A stretch of DNA of 64,000 nucleotides from Gammaproteobacteria bacterium (GTDB taxonomy: Bacteria; Pseudomonadota; Gammaproteobacteria; Eutrophobiales; Eutrophobiaceae), in NCBI GenBank assembly GCA_965222155.1, contig CBDCTH010000012.1:640001-704000 (forward strand), in the 5' to 3' direction. Position numbers and translations under genes: made by a program. Every line of letters starts with the position of its first letter. Position 1 is the first letter of the stretch. Positions 41,506 to 52,279 of the stretch are shown piece by piece. The notes below the pieces were generated by a model. The model was not told the origin of the DNA. It saw only the letters and a program-made list of their open reading frames with translations, and did not search any database.

Positions 41506-41679
41506 AGAGTATGTGATTCCTGTCTAATTTATTCAAAAGAATCAACAATTCTAGTAGGAATCACGCCAAATGCAAGAAGAAAAAGATAAAAGGCTCGGTA
41601 GAATTTCTATAGTCGTTCGGCTCGCAAATGTCCGGCTGATGATTACTACTGTACAATATAGATAATTCGGAGACATAGA

Positions 41680-42684
41680 ATGCGCATCCTGGGAATAGAA
41701 ACTTCATGCGATGAAACCGGAATCGCCATCTACGATTCGGAAGAAGGCCTGCTGTCGAATCAACTTCACAGCCAGGTCCGTCTGCACGATACCTATGGCG
41801 GCGTGGTGCCGGAGTTGGCGTCGCGCGACCATGTCCGGCGCATCGCGCCGTTGCTGGCGGCAGCCATGCAGGAGGCCGATTTGGAACCGGGCGCTATCGA
41901 CGGTATTGCCTATACGGCCGGCCCGGGGTTGATCGGGGCATTGCTCGTCGGCGCCAGTGTCGGCAGAAGCCTGGCCTACTCGTGGGGCGTGCCCGCTGTC
42001 GGCGTGCACCACATGGAGGCACATCTGATGGCGGTGATGCTGGAACATGAGCGTCCCGACTACCCGTTTCTTGCCTTGCTTGTTTCAGGGGGGCATACCC
42101 AATTGCTGGAAGTAAGATCGGTCGGTGATTACACGATGCTGGGAGAATCATTGGATGACGCGGCGGGTGAGGCTTTCGATAAAACCGCAAAATTGCTGGG
42201 ACTGGGTTACCCCGGCGGTCCGCAGTTATCGGCCCTGGCGGAGAACGGGCGTAGCGACCGGTACAGGTTCCCGCGGCCCATGACCGATAAGCCGGGGCTG
42301 GATTTCAGTTTCAGCGGACTGAAGACTGCCGTGGCGCTGGTGGTTAAGGAACTTGACGACAAGGATGAACAGGTGCGCGCCGACATCGCCCGCGCTTTCG
42401 TAGAAGCGGTGGTTGATTCCCTGGCCATAAAATGTGAGCGAGCCATAAAACAGACCGGTATCACCAGGCTGGTGGCGGCCGGCGGGGTCAGCGCCAACAA
42501 ACAGCTACGGCAGAAACTGAAACGATTGGCGTATGAGACGGGCGGTCAAATTTTCTATCCAAGGCCGGAATTCTGTACCGATAACGGCGCCATGATCGCC
42601 TATACGGGTTACCTCAAAATCAGCGCCGGTCAACGCGAACCCCTGAAGTTTACAGCCTATCCCCGCTGGTCGCTGGAATATTAA
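41680..42684 (+). CDS. tsaD: tRNA t6A threonylcarbamoyltransferase TsaD
   Basis: [43 protein letters not shown]. Confidence 0.97.
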   Translation: MRILGIETSCDETGIAIYDSEEGLLSNQLHSQVRLHDTYGGVVPELASRDHVRRIAPLLAAAMQEADLEPGAIDGIAYTAGPGLIGALLVGASVGRSLAYSWGVPAVGVHHMEAHLMAVMLEHERPDYPFLALLVSGGHTQLLEVRSVGDYTMLGESLDDAAGEAFDKTAKLLGLGYPGGPQLSALAENGRSDRYRFPRPMTDKPGLDFSFSGLKTAVALVVKELDDKDEQVRADIARAFVEAVVDSLAIKCERAIKQTGITRLVAAGGVSANKQLRQKLKRLAYETGGQIFYPRPEFCTDNGAMIAYTGYLKISAGQREPLKFTAYPRWSLEY

Positions 42685-43268
42685 ATATTTATCTTATTTT
42701 CCTCTCCGGCCAGGAGATTTTTAATGTTTGATCGGTGGCGCCAGATTAAAATGACGGACATCAGGCTTACACCGGCAAGTTGGAACGGGGAGGCTATGAT
42801 TAACCAGCAGTATGCGGGTGCAAGCAAGCAGGCCGTGATTGCCGCCAGGGAGGAATACCTGAACAGCAGCGCCACCAGCAGCCAGGAAATAATAAATGCC
42901 ACGCCCAGCAGCCAGTGGAAAGCCAGCAATACGCCGATTAACGTTGCCACCCCCTTGCCGCCGCGAAAACCGAAAAATATCGGGTAGATATGGCCTGTAA
43001 AAGCAGCCATGCCCGCTGCGGCGATAAATACATCCGGCGCCTGGACCAGGCGCAGCAACAGGATGGGAACGAGGCCTTTCAATACATCTCCACAAAGGGT
43101 CAGCAAGGCGGCTGTCTTACCGTGCAACCGCAATACATTGGTCGCGCCCGGGTTGCCGGAGCCCTGTTCTCTTGGGTCACCGAGGGCCAGGGCGTTGCAG
43201 ACAATGACGGCACTGGCAAGAGAACCTGCCAGATAGGCGAGAATTACCAGCCCTGTATAAATGATCAT
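42681..43268 (-). CDS. plsY: Glycerol-3-phosphate acyltransferase PlsY
   Basis: [24 protein letters not shown]. Confidence 0.95.
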   Translation of the reverse strand: MIIYTGLVILAYLAGSLASAVIVCNALALGDPREQGSGNPGATNVLRLHGKTAALLTLCGDVLKGLVPILLLRLVQAPDVFIAAAGMAAFTGHIYPIFFGFRGGKGVATLIGVLLAFHWLLGVAFIISWLLVALLFRYSSLAAITACLLAPAYCWLIIASPFQLAGVSLMSVILIWRHRSNIKNLLAGEENKINI

Positions 43269-43318
43269 AATCTTATTGGAATGGCAAATCTCCGGCCAGT
43301 CAAGTTGTTTGTAATGTG

Positions 43319-43409
43319 CAGATATTTGGGGTCAGAGTAAAAATACAGTTTGGCTGGTAGGGAGCGCTGATTTTTTATTATTTATTTTTACTCTGACCCC
43401 AAATATCTG
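43319..43409. repeat. REPIN-like hairpin, copy C
   Basis: 27-bp perfect inverted arms CAGATATTTGGGGTCAGAGTAAAAATA in the plsY/folB divergent spacer. Confidence 0.8.
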
Positions 43410-43449
43410 ATAGCTTATACCAACAGAAAAGCCATGTAACCCGAGTGCT

Positions 43450-43806
43450 ATGGATATCATATACCTGAATGACCTGCGCATTGATACCGTGATAGGTATC
43501 TATGACTGGGAGCGCCGTACAAAACAGACCGTGATCTTCGATATCGAGATGGCTGCCGATATCAGCAAGGCGGCTCAATCAGATAATATCGATGACACTG
43601 TGAGCTACAAGGCGGTGGCGAAACGGCTGATTAGCTACGTCAGTGCGGCGCAGTTCGAGTTGATTGAAACCCTGGCGGAAAAAGTGGCTGGGATACTCCT
43701 GGATGAGTTTAAAGTGCAATGGTGTCGGTTGCGATTGAATAAGCGCGGCGCGGTGCGCGGTGTACGCGACGTGGGCATTATCATAGAACGGGGTAGTAAA
43801 GACTGA
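43450..43806 (+). CDS. folB: Dihydroneopterin aldolase
   Basis: IGIYDWER, VSY, LIETLAE, GIIIER. Confidence 0.93.
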   Translation: MDIIYLNDLRIDTVIGIYDWERRTKQTVIFDIEMAADISKAAQSDNIDDTVSYKAVAKRLISYVSAAQFELIETLAEKVAGILLDEFKVQWCRLRLNKRGAVRGVRDVGIIIERGSKD

Positions 43807-43807
43807 A

Positions 43808-44305
43808 ATGGCGCGTATTTTTATCGGCGTCGGCAGTAACCTGGAACGGGAGAAACACATCAGGGCCGGCATCCGGGAAATCAAGGAAATCTTTCATAAT
43901 TTACGGGTATCAACCATTTATGAAAACAAGGCAGTAGGGTTTGCCGGCGCAAATTTTTATAATTTCGTAGTTGGTTGCGATACCGACCTGGAGTTGGATG
44001 AGGTAATCAGCCGGCTCCACCGAATTGAAGATGGACATGGACGCGATCGGAGCCAGCCACACTTCTCATCCCGTACCCTTGACCTGGATTTGTTGTTATA
44101 TAACGATCTGGTGATCAAGACTGAATCAATTCAATTGCCCCGGCCTGACATCGACAAATATGCTTTCGTACTCTGTCCCCTTGCGGAAATAGCTGCCGAA
44201 CAGCGCCATCCCGTCTCCGCTAAAACCTATGCCCACCTATGGTCTGAATTTGACCGGTCAGGGCAGGAATTATGGCCTGTTGAATTTGACCTGGAATTGG
44301 AATAA
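43808..44305 (+). CDS. folK: 6-hydroxymethyl-7,8-dihydropterin pyrophosphokinase
   Basis: GVGSN, RTLDLDLLLY, FVLCPLAEI. Confidence 0.92.
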   Translation: MARIFIGVGSNLEREKHIRAGIREIKEIFHNLRVSTIYENKAVGFAGANFYNFVVGCDTDLELDEVISRLHRIEDGHGRDRSQPHFSSRTLDLDLLLYNDLVIKTESIQLPRPDIDKYAFVLCPLAEIAAEQRHPVSAKTYAHLWSEFDRSGQELWPVEFDLELE

Positions 44306-44353
44306 TGCGCCCCGTCATAGCAGGGATGTGAATAACGCGTAACTTACAGTGGT

Positions 44354-45085
44354 TCATTGAGACAAGCTTCTGCCACCGTCAACGGCCAGAACCTGACCGG
44401 TGATATAATCAGCCTCGGCAATGAGAAAGTGCACCGCCCTGGCTACATCGACAGGCAACCCCCGGCGTTGCAGCGGGATAGCGGACAGTATCGAGTCTTT
44501 CGCTTCTTCACCCATCCCGTCGGGCCAGAGTATGGCGCCGGGAGAGACGGCATTCACGCGCACGTTCGGCGCAAGTTCCTGAGCCAGGGAGCGGGTCAGC
44601 ATAATCAGGCCGGACTTTGCCACGCTGTACATGGAGTGCTGTGGCAACGGTCGACTCCCGTGAATGTCCGTGATATTGATGATGCAACCCTGGGTTTTTT
44701 CCAGGTGAACGGCGGCATGCCTGGCCAGAAACAGCGGCGCTTTGAGGTTTGTGCCGATAATTTCGTCCCAGGTAGGTTCCTTGACTTGCGGTAACAGGGT
44801 CGGATAGAACATGGAAGCGTTATTTACCAGCGCATCCAGGCTGCCGCTGAGTTCAAGCGCCGAGCCGATTACCCAGTCGTAGGAGGACGCCGCCAGCAGG
44901 TCGGCCTGAACGGTACAGGATGAGTCGGCTCGAATATGGTTGAGTTCATCGGCCAACTGGTTAGCCTTCAGCGCGGAGCGGTTGTAATGAATGACCACAT
45001 TGAACTGCTTTGAATGCAGGTAGCGTGCGGCGGCAGCGCCGATACGCTGGGCGGCGCCGGTAATCAGTACTGTTTTACCTGCCAT
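44354..45085 (-). CDS. Pteridine reductase (FolM-like SDR)
   Basis: TGAAQRIG, IHYNRS, NNASMFYPT, YSVAK; adjacent to folK. Confidence 0.85.
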   Translation of the reverse strand: MAGKTVLITGAAQRIGAAAARYLHSKQFNVVIHYNRSALKANQLADELNHIRADSSCTVQADLLAASSYDWVIGSALELSGSLDALVNNASMFYPTLLPQVKEPTWDEIIGTNLKAPLFLARHAAVHLEKTQGCIINITDIHGSRPLPQHSMYSVAKSGLIMLTRSLAQELAPNVRVNAVSPGAILWPDGMGEEAKDSILSAIPLQRRGLPVDVARAVHFLIAEADYITGQVLAVDGGRSLSQ

Positions 45086-45221
45086 TGCCTGGGTATGATG
45101 TAGCCGGATCCAATTAGGAAATTCTGATTTATCCAGTGCTTCCCTGATTGTATGCGCTCAGGACGTTCTCAGATGCACTATTCATACTGACTATTTGACA
45201 ACATATGTACATCCGTTGCAA

Positions 45222-46448
45222 ATGAATGATAACCAGACCAATGGATTGAACCCGGATTGGCAGTTGCCGGTTCCGGTGCGACAGGCCAGGGAGCACAGCC
45301 ATAATCTCACCGAACTGATCCGCGAACAGATTCATGTGAACGGAGGAAACATCAGCTTTGAGCGATATATGGAAATGGCCCTGTATGAGCCCGGCTGGGG
45401 CTATTACAGTGCCGGGGCAACCCGGTTTGGCGAGTCCGGAGATTTTATTACCGCGCCCCATGTCTCTCCCTTGTTTTCCCGTTGTGTGGCCAGGCAGTGC
45501 CGGCAAGTGCTGGCGCCCATGGCATCAGGCGACATCCTGGAAATAGGAGCAGGGTCTGGGGTCATGGCGCAGGACCTGTTGCTCGAACTGGAGGCATTGG
45601 ATACCTTGCCGGATAGCTATTTCATATTGGAGACCAGTGCAGATTTACGCCTGAGGCAGAAACAATTGTATACCTCCCGCATCCCTCATTTATTGCCGCG
45701 CATAAAATGGCTCGACACATTGCCCGAAAAACCCGTTAACGGGGTTATAATCGCCAATGAGGTGATTGATGCGCTGCCGGTAACGCGAGTAGTGCTGGAT
45801 AAGGGAGTATTGCATGAGTTGTGCGTAGGCCATAACGGGGATGAATTTTACTGGATTAAGGCGCCGCGCCCGGCTGATCCGGTCTGCGCATCCTGGGAAA
45901 AGATCGCCGGTTACCTGGTGGCGCCGCTTCCCGAACCCTTTGTGACGGAGATTAGCCTGCGTGTTGATGCCTGGATCAGATCTATCTCTGAGACACTTGA
46001 ACAGGGAGTCATGTTATTGATCGATTACGGTTACCCGAGGCAGGAGTATTACCACCCGCAAAGAGGTGGGGGAACCTTACTTTGCCATTACCGGCATCGC
46101 TTCCATGACGATCCGTTCTTTTTTCCGGGGCTACAGGATATCACGGCGTCCGTGGACTTCACTGCACTGGCGCAGTCTGCCCTGGACAACGGAATGCAAC
46201 TGGCAGGTTATACCAGCCAGGCCCATTTTCTCATCGGCTGCGGCCTGGCTGAAATAGCCGCGGCTTTGCAAAATGATAAAGGCTGTCCTGAGCCCGCCGT
46301 TTCCGGACAGGTAAAGCGCCTGACCCTGCCGGGGGAAATGGGTGAACGCTTCAAGGCCATCGCATTTACCAGGAATTTCCCGGAGCCATTGATGGGATTT
46401 CAATTCATCGACCAACAGGAACGACTGTGGAAAAAGGGGTATGGCTGA
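45222..46448 (+). CDS. SAM-dependent methyltransferase (MidA/NDUFAF7, DUF185)
   Basis: YMEMALY..GYY, GDFITAP, EIGAGSG, ANEVIDALP, QDITASVDF. Confidence 0.88.
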   Translation: MNDNQTNGLNPDWQLPVPVRQAREHSHNLTELIREQIHVNGGNISFERYMEMALYEPGWGYYSAGATRFGESGDFITAPHVSPLFSRCVARQCRQVLAPMASGDILEIGAGSGVMAQDLLLELEALDTLPDSYFILETSADLRLRQKQLYTSRIPHLLPRIKWLDTLPEKPVNGVIIANEVIDALPVTRVVLDKGVLHELCVGHNGDEFYWIKAPRPADPVCASWEKIAGYLVAPLPEPFVTEISLRVDAWIRSISETLEQGVMLLIDYGYPRQEYYHPQRGGGTLLCHYRHRFHDDPFFFPGLQDITASVDFTALAQSALDNGMQLAGYTSQAHFLIGCGLAEIAAALQNDKGCPEPAVSGQVKRLTLPGEMGERFKAIAFTRNFPEPLMGFQFIDQQERLWKKGYG

Positions 46449-46637
46449 AAATGTATTCATGCCCCGTAGCCATTTGTATGCGAAAGCAGAGAAGTGGCAC
46501 ACAGCCTGCCCCTGCATGCTGTAAGCAGGGGGACGTGCCGTTGACGGACCAAAGGATGGAAATCCAGTCAATTCCATAATTCCTTATAATAAAAGAAAGG
46601 CCACTTAACCATTAAAATAATATAGACGGACTACCAT

Positions 46638-47429
46638 GTGGACATTCTGCAATCAATAATCCTGGGTTTGCTGCAAGGACTCACCGAGTTCCTGCCCATA
46701 AGCAGTTCGGCCCACCTTATCCTGTTGCCGAAACTGCTGGACTGGGCGGACCAGGGCCTGTTGTACGACGTTGCCGCGCATTTCGGCAGCCTGCTGGCGC
46801 TGCTCATCTATTTCAGGCAGGACCTGCAGAAGATGGTCGTCGGATGGGCAAACTCATTCAGCAACGGGCAGAATGCCGAAGCAAATCTGGTCTGGTCATT
46901 GATCATTGCCACCATACCGATCTGTCTGGCCGGTTTGTTTTTTCATCGTGTGGTTGATCTCCTGCGCGAACCCTTAATCATCGCCGGCGCAACGGTGCTG
47001 TTCGGTTTGCTGCTCTGGTGGGCGGACAGCTCCGGTAAACGCCGGCGACGTCTGGATGATTTCCGGCTCAGAGACGCCGTAGTAATAGGCTTGTTTCAAA
47101 TTTTGGCCATGATCCCCGGCACATCACGCTCGGGCATCACGATCACCGCAGGATTGATGCTGGGCCTGGAGAGAGAAGCCGCCAGTCGATTTTCCTTTTT
47201 ATTGGCAATTCCAACCATACTGCTGGCATCAGGCTATGAACTGTTCAACGTGTCTTTCTACGGAATACAAGTGGATTGGGTTGCCTTGTTAACAGTTATG
47301 GTCGTCTCGTTTATCAGTGCATATGCAGCGATACATTATTTCCTGAAACTCATTGAACGCACCGGTATGTTGCCTTATGTCATCTATCGGTTAATCCTGG
47401 GCTGCATTTTATTTGCGCTATTTATATAG
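46638..47429 (+). CDS. uppP: Undecaprenyl-diphosphate phosphatase
   Basis: QGLTEFLPISSSAHL, PGTSRSG, FSFLLAIP. Confidence 0.95.
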   Translation: MDILQSIILGLLQGLTEFLPISSSAHLILLPKLLDWADQGLLYDVAAHFGSLLALLIYFRQDLQKMVVGWANSFSNGQNAEANLVWSLIIATIPICLAGLFFHRVVDLLREPLIIAGATVLFGLLLWWADSSGKRRRRLDDFRLRDAVVIGLFQILAMIPGTSRSGITITAGLMLGLEREAASRFSFLLAIPTILLASGYELFNVSFYGIQVDWVALLTVMVVSFISAYAAIHYFLKLIERTGMLPYVIYRLILGCILFALFI

Positions 47430-47438
47430 CGTGACAAG

Positions 47439-47837
47439 TTATTCCCGCAGAAAAGCCTCATCAACGGGGACCTGCATCCCGCTGGCAAGTCCGTTATTCT
47501 GTTGCGCCAGCGCAATGACGGCAAGCAGTTCCCCGTGCTGTGCTTCACTCATGCCTTTGCCGGCGGCCGCGCTGGTATGTGAATGCACACAGTATTCGCA
47601 GGCATTGGCAACCGAGACCGCAATATAGATCATCTCCTTGGTCAGCGCGTCGATCTCCCCCGGCGCCATCACTTCCTTTGCGCCGCACCAGACACGCTTC
47701 AGCGTAGCCGGGTGATTGGCCAGGGCTTTCCAGAAGTTGTTGATGTAGTCAGTCTGCCGGGTTCGCCGGATGTCGTCATAAACGGCTCTCACCTCAGCAT
47801 CCGCCTCATCGTATTCAATCAGTTTTACCGTAGACAT
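47439..47837 (-). CDS. Carboxymuconolactone decarboxylase/AhpD-family protein
   Basis: KEMIYIAVS..NACEYCVHSH. Confidence 0.85.
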   Translation of the reverse strand: MSTVKLIEYDEADAEVRAVYDDIRRTRQTDYINNFWKALANHPATLKRVWCGAKEVMAPGEIDALTKEMIYIAVSVANACEYCVHSHTSAAAGKGMSEAQHGELLAVIALAQQNNGLASGMQVPVDEAFLRE

Positions 47838-47899
47838 GAAAGGATTCCCCCTTATTGAAATAACAGGATTATAATCCAGGTCCGACGCCAGACCGACTG

Positions 47900-49120
47900 T
47901 TATACCACTCCTTGCTCCTTAACCTCCTTAATCGCCTCGATCCGTCGGGCGCGGATGTGCTCCGCAATCTGTGTGCCTTTCAGTCCTTGCGTATCCAGTG
48001 ATTTTGTATTAATGGACAAGCAGGCTGCGCGGTATTTCATGAATAGCTCAGCTTGCCGGTAGTCCCGCTGTTCCAGGCCCTTGCGTCCCCGCGCATCGGC
48101 TTCGCAGGCAAGCAGGAACTGGGCAAACCGATCCGGACGGCGGAAGGCGTCGAGCCCTTCGAGTTTGCCGAGGATTACGGCGGGGCTCATTTCATCGATA
48201 CGGTGACAGTTGAGGTGGTAGCGAGCAACAATGGTCGCGAGGTCCTTATACCTGTTGGGAATCCGCAGGCGTTCACACAGATCGCTTATCAATTCAACTC
48301 CGCGCGTTCCATGACCGTGATGACTGGGCCATATCTTTTGTGGTGTCGTAGCCTTGCCCAGGTCGTGCACCAGGGCGGCAAAACGTACTTCCGTGTCGGT
48401 GGAGAGTTTTGTCGCTTGTTCCAGCACCATCAACGTATGAAGGCCGCAGTCGATTTCCGGATGATAGCGCTCCGGTTGCGGAATCCCGAACAGGCGGTCA
48501 ATTTCCGGAAACAACCTGACCAGCGCGTTGCATTCCCTGAGTACTTCGAAATAGCGTCGCGGTTGCGGGGCCTTCAAGGCCTTTTCGGTTTCCAGCCAGA
48601 TGCGCTCCGGTGCCAGTGTTTCCAGTTCATTCGCGGCGCTGAGTTCTTTTAATAGTGATAGTGTCTCTTCGGCAACAGGGAAATTCAGTTGCGCGGCAAA
48701 CCTGGCGACCCGCAGCACCCGTAACGGGTCTTCGACAAAAGCCGCCGAGACGTGGCGAATGATCTTTCTCTCCAGGTCTTTCAGGCCGTTGAACGGGTCT
48801 ATCAGATTACCGTTTTCATCCCTGGCGATGGCGTTGATGGTGATATCCCGGCGCTGCAAGTCCTGTTCCAGGGTAATCTCGCCCGAGGTATCAAAAACAA
48901 AGCCCCTGTAACCCGGGCCTGTCTTGCGTTCGGTACGCGCCAGGGCATACTCCTCCCCGGTATCCGGGTGGATAAAAACGGGGAAATCCTTGCCGACCGT
49001 CTTATATCCCAGCGCCGTCATTTCCTCGGGCGTGCTGCCGACTACGACCCAGTCGCGATCTTTCACCTCGAGCCCCAGGAGTTCGTCCCGTACCGCGCCG
49101 CCGACCTGATAAATCTGCAT
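47900..49120 (-). CDS. cca: Multifunctional CCA-adding enzyme
   Basis: VGGAVRD, DRDWVV, RRDITINA, EDPLRVLR, HDLGK. Confidence 0.96.
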   Translation of the reverse strand: MQIYQVGGAVRDELLGLEVKDRDWVVVGSTPEEMTALGYKTVGKDFPVFIHPDTGEEYALARTERKTGPGYRGFVFDTSGEITLEQDLQRRDITINAIARDENGNLIDPFNGLKDLERKIIRHVSAAFVEDPLRVLRVARFAAQLNFPVAEETLSLLKELSAANELETLAPERIWLETEKALKAPQPRRYFEVLRECNALVRLFPEIDRLFGIPQPERYHPEIDCGLHTLMVLEQATKLSTDTEVRFAALVHDLGKATTPQKIWPSHHGHGTRGVELISDLCERLRIPNRYKDLATIVARYHLNCHRIDEMSPAVILGKLEGLDAFRRPDRFAQFLLACEADARGRKGLEQRDYRQAELFMKYRAACLSINTKSLDTQGLKGTQIAEHIRARRIEAIKEVKEQGVV

Positions 49121-49129
49121 GAGAAAAAG

Positions 49130-50050
49130 TTACAGTGTTTCCAGGTACTTGACCATGCGTTTTCGCAGTCCCGCATCCGGCACGCGACCCTTGCCTCCGG
49201 CCATGTTGTCCAGTACGTGCCTGACCCTGGTGGTGGCCGGGATGATACAGGTTGCGGCCGGATGGCCGGCTATGAATTTCAGGAAAAATTGTCCCCAACT
49301 GGCGCAATCGATCTCCCCGGCCCAGTCCGGCAAGGGCTTTCCCTTGACTTTGCGGAATAAATCGCCCCGTTGATAGGGGCGATTAATGATCGTGGCAATG
49401 CCCCTGTCCAGGGCCAGCGGCAGCAACCGCTCATCGGTAGTCCGGTTGGCGATGTTGTAACTCAGTTGGATAAAATCCAGCGGTTCCGTTTTCATGATGG
49501 CTTCCAGTTCTTCATGAAAGCGGCCGTGTGAAGTGGTGATGCCCAGGTAACGTATGCGGCCTTGTTCCTTCCATTCTCTCAGGGTCTTGATATGGATTTT
49601 CCAGTCGCGCAGGTTGTGGATCTGCATGAGGTCCATCTTCTCGACTCCCATGAGTTGCATGGATTCGTTCATCTGGAGAATGCCCGCTTCCCGCCCGTCA
49701 GTCCAGACCTTGGTTGCGGCAAACAACGCGGCGCTGTTTTGCGTAGTTTTCAGCAACTCACCCACAATGCCTTCCGCCGGACCGTACATGGGGGATGAAT
49801 CGATCATCTGGCCGCCGTGGTCGAAAAATACCTGCATAACCTCACCGAGTTGTTCCATGGGCGTGGCATGGGTAAAGGTGCGCGAGGTGCCCAGGCCCAT
49901 GATCGAAATTTCCTCGCCGCCGGCGGGGATGATGCGTTTGATAACATCAGTGGTCATGGCAGATAACATCCCGGGTATAACGCTGACTGCAACAGGAGCG
50001 GTCCAGGCATGCTTGATAAAGTTGCGCCGTGATAGTGTGAGATTTTTCAT
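49130..50050 (-). CDS. Aldo/keto reductase with Tat-like leader
   Basis: SRRNFI, DSSPMYG, ATKVW, DLMQIHN. Confidence 0.85.
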   Translation of the reverse strand: MKNLTLSRRNFIKHAWTAPVAVSVIPGMLSAMTTDVIKRIIPAGGEEISIMGLGTSRTFTHATPMEQLGEVMQVFFDHGGQMIDSSPMYGPAEGIVGELLKTTQNSAALFAATKVWTDGREAGILQMNESMQLMGVEKMDLMQIHNLRDWKIHIKTLREWKEQGRIRYLGITTSHGRFHEELEAIMKTEPLDFIQLSYNIANRTTDERLLPLALDRGIATIINRPYQRGDLFRKVKGKPLPDWAGEIDCASWGQFFLKFIAGHPAATCIIPATTRVRHVLDNMAGGKGRVPDAGLRKRMVKYLETL

Positions 50051-50065
50051 ATCGGGTCACCAGAT

Positions 50066-51367
50066 TCAATTTGTACTGCTATGCAAACGGTCGTGATCAT
50101 AGGCGCTTCCTATGAATACTGCCACGATTGCCCATACTAGCGCAATACCCGTGCCGGCCAGGGCAATTCCCGCCAGTCCCAGTCCGAACCCCTGAGCCAG
50201 ACCGGTATAGGCCCAACCACTCAGCATGTCACCGCCCCGGTATACCACAATGTCTATCACGGGTTTTGTCTTGAAGCGGGTTTCACGGCTCACCAGGGTA
50301 AACAGCATTTCCCGGCCGGGCCGGGTGATGGCATAGTTGCCGGCCCGGCGCACGATTTGCAGGCCCATCAGCACCATAAGCAGGGGGGAAAGCGCCACGA
50401 CCAGCCAGCCGGCGACGATAATAACGGGCACAATCGACAAGGTGACGGTCAACCCGAAGCGGATGGCCAGGCGATTGGTGGCAAACATGGCGGTAACAAT
50501 GGCAAGGGAATTAACGATCAAATCCATCATGCCCCAGTATTGTGAACGGGTAGCCCGATCGAATTCGGCCAGCATATTTTTCAGTTCAAAATAGACAAAT
50601 GTGCTCATGAACGTGTAAAGCAGGATGAACAAGCCGATCCCCAGCAGGTAGCGGTTACTGAAAAAGTCAACGAAACCGGAGAAGGGATTGCCTCCTATGG
50701 TCGCCCGGTCAGCCTGATCCGTGCTGATACTTTCATGATACAAGTCCTCCCGTTTCAGCTTCTCCATATACGTGATCAACGGAATGATCAGCAGCAGCAA
50801 CGCAGCAGCGAGCAGGATCAGGTTATAAACGCCTATCGCCGCTGAGAAAAAAACCGGAATAACGGGTCCGGCAACTGCGCCGATACTGGCGCCGGATGCA
50901 ATAAAACCGAACAGCCTTCTTCCCTGATCCTTTGAGAACGTATCCGCCATGAAACTCCAGAACACCGAGACATGAAACAGGCTGAAGACGCTGAGCCAGA
51001 CGTAAAACGCCTTATCGATGAAGACCGGGTTGTCCACAATCCGCGTGCCCAGGTAGAACGCCAGAAAGGATAAGGAGAAAAAGCCGTATACACCGGGGAC
51101 AAGGCGCCTGAACCTGACCTTTGTTATGGCGCTGCCATATACGGCGACTGCGAGCATGCTGATTACAAAGGTGGCAGTCCACAACCAGCTTAACTCCGCA
51201 TCGGACCAGTCACTGGCCATTGCGTCGCGAACCGGGCGCAGGGTGTAATACGCCACCATCAGGGTGAACATAAAGATGAACGACGTGAACGCAGCCCTGA
51301 TCTCATGGGCCTCGATCTTGAGCAGCAGTCTTATAACTCCGTTTACCCCGGAATCTCCCATTGGCAA
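50066..51367 (-). CDS. MFS/NTT-like (ATP/ADP antiporter family) transporter
   Basis: YYTLRPVRD, FWSFMAD, RPGREMLFT, VYRGGD. Confidence 0.8.
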   Translation of the reverse strand: MPMGDSGVNGVIRLLLKIEAHEIRAAFTSFIFMFTLMVAYYTLRPVRDAMASDWSDAELSWLWTATFVISMLAVAVYGSAITKVRFRRLVPGVYGFFSLSFLAFYLGTRIVDNPVFIDKAFYVWLSVFSLFHVSVFWSFMADTFSKDQGRRLFGFIASGASIGAVAGPVIPVFFSAAIGVYNLILLAAALLLLIIPLITYMEKLKREDLYHESISTDQADRATIGGNPFSGFVDFFSNRYLLGIGLFILLYTFMSTFVYFELKNMLAEFDRATRSQYWGMMDLIVNSLAIVTAMFATNRLAIRFGLTVTLSIVPVIIVAGWLVVALSPLLMVLMGLQIVRRAGNYAITRPGREMLFTLVSRETRFKTKPVIDIVVYRGGDMLSGWAYTGLAQGFGLGLAGIALAGTGIALVWAIVAVFIGSAYDHDRLHSSTN

Positions 51368-51445
51368 TATTTCGTGTATTTTGACAAGATAATAGTTTAC
51401 AGGTAGAACACACTAATAGTCAGAGCTATTGACGCGCCCAGGATA

Positions 51446-51865
51446 ATGATGAACAAAATTTCAAACATTCCGTATATTTCAGACTCTTTTTTTGAGTATG
51501 AGAAACGTATCTGGCAGAATATCTGGTTGCTGGCAGGACATGAAGCTGATGTAAACGAAAATGGGAAATTTATTACATTTGACCTGAGTGCAATTAATGT
51601 TTCTGTCGTCATATTGCGGCAGAGCAGCGACAAATTAAGCGCATTCTACAATATTTGTCCACATCGTAATGGCCGCCTGGCGACCCGGAATGCCTTGACG
51701 GAGGATTGGCCGGTCGTGGAATGGGCGCATCAAAACATGCGTGCGGGTGTAACTGACAAAAGTACTATCGGATCGGATATGGAAACGACGGTAATCGCGC
51801 ATTACGTGAAATTACTGAAGTATCTCGGTCTAAGCGAAGACGAGCTACAAAATGAATACGCCTGA
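51446..51865 (+). pseudogene. Internally deleted Rieske oxygenase alpha subunit
   Basis: N-terminus up to AFYNICPHR joined in frame to C-terminal EDWPVVEWAHQNM; second Rieske ligand pair and catalytic domain missing. Confidence 0.7.
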
Positions 51866-52196
51866 TTTTTCAGATTTGAAAGAGTTTATTGACGAATGGG
51901 GATACGCAGATGCCCATCACCGTTTGAATAAAAGGTCCGATGCGGATTTTTCCGATATAAAAAAGTTTTATGATGCCGTTGTTCCACGTATTGAAGAAAT
52001 CATAGAGTTCCTGAACCGGTTCCCTGTCAACGACATACCCGAACAGTTCAAACCGCTTGCTTACATGGCGCTGGCTGCCTGTGAGGTAGACGACCCCGTG
52101 AATATTTGGGAGGCGTCTGAATTAATGTACATATCCAACTCAAAAGACTGGCGCGTCAAGAAGAGTTTTTATGATTACAACAGCGAATTTACGTGA
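51852..52196 (+). CDS. Hypothetical protein coupled to the Rieske remnant
   Basis: 114-aa ORF overlapping the upstream stop; FSDL..F..EW, FYDA motifs. Confidence 0.65.
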   Translation: MNTPDFSDLKEFIDEWGYADAHHRLNKRSDADFSDIKKFYDAVVPRIEEIIEFLNRFPVNDIPEQFKPLAYMALAACEVDDPVNIWEASELMYISNSKDWRVKKSFYDYNSEFT

Positions 52197-52279
52197 TATT
52201 CAACTTGTTTATGATGGACACGTTCGAATTCGAAAGTATGCGGTTGTCCCATTGATAAAAAATTGGCCTGTTTCTGACT

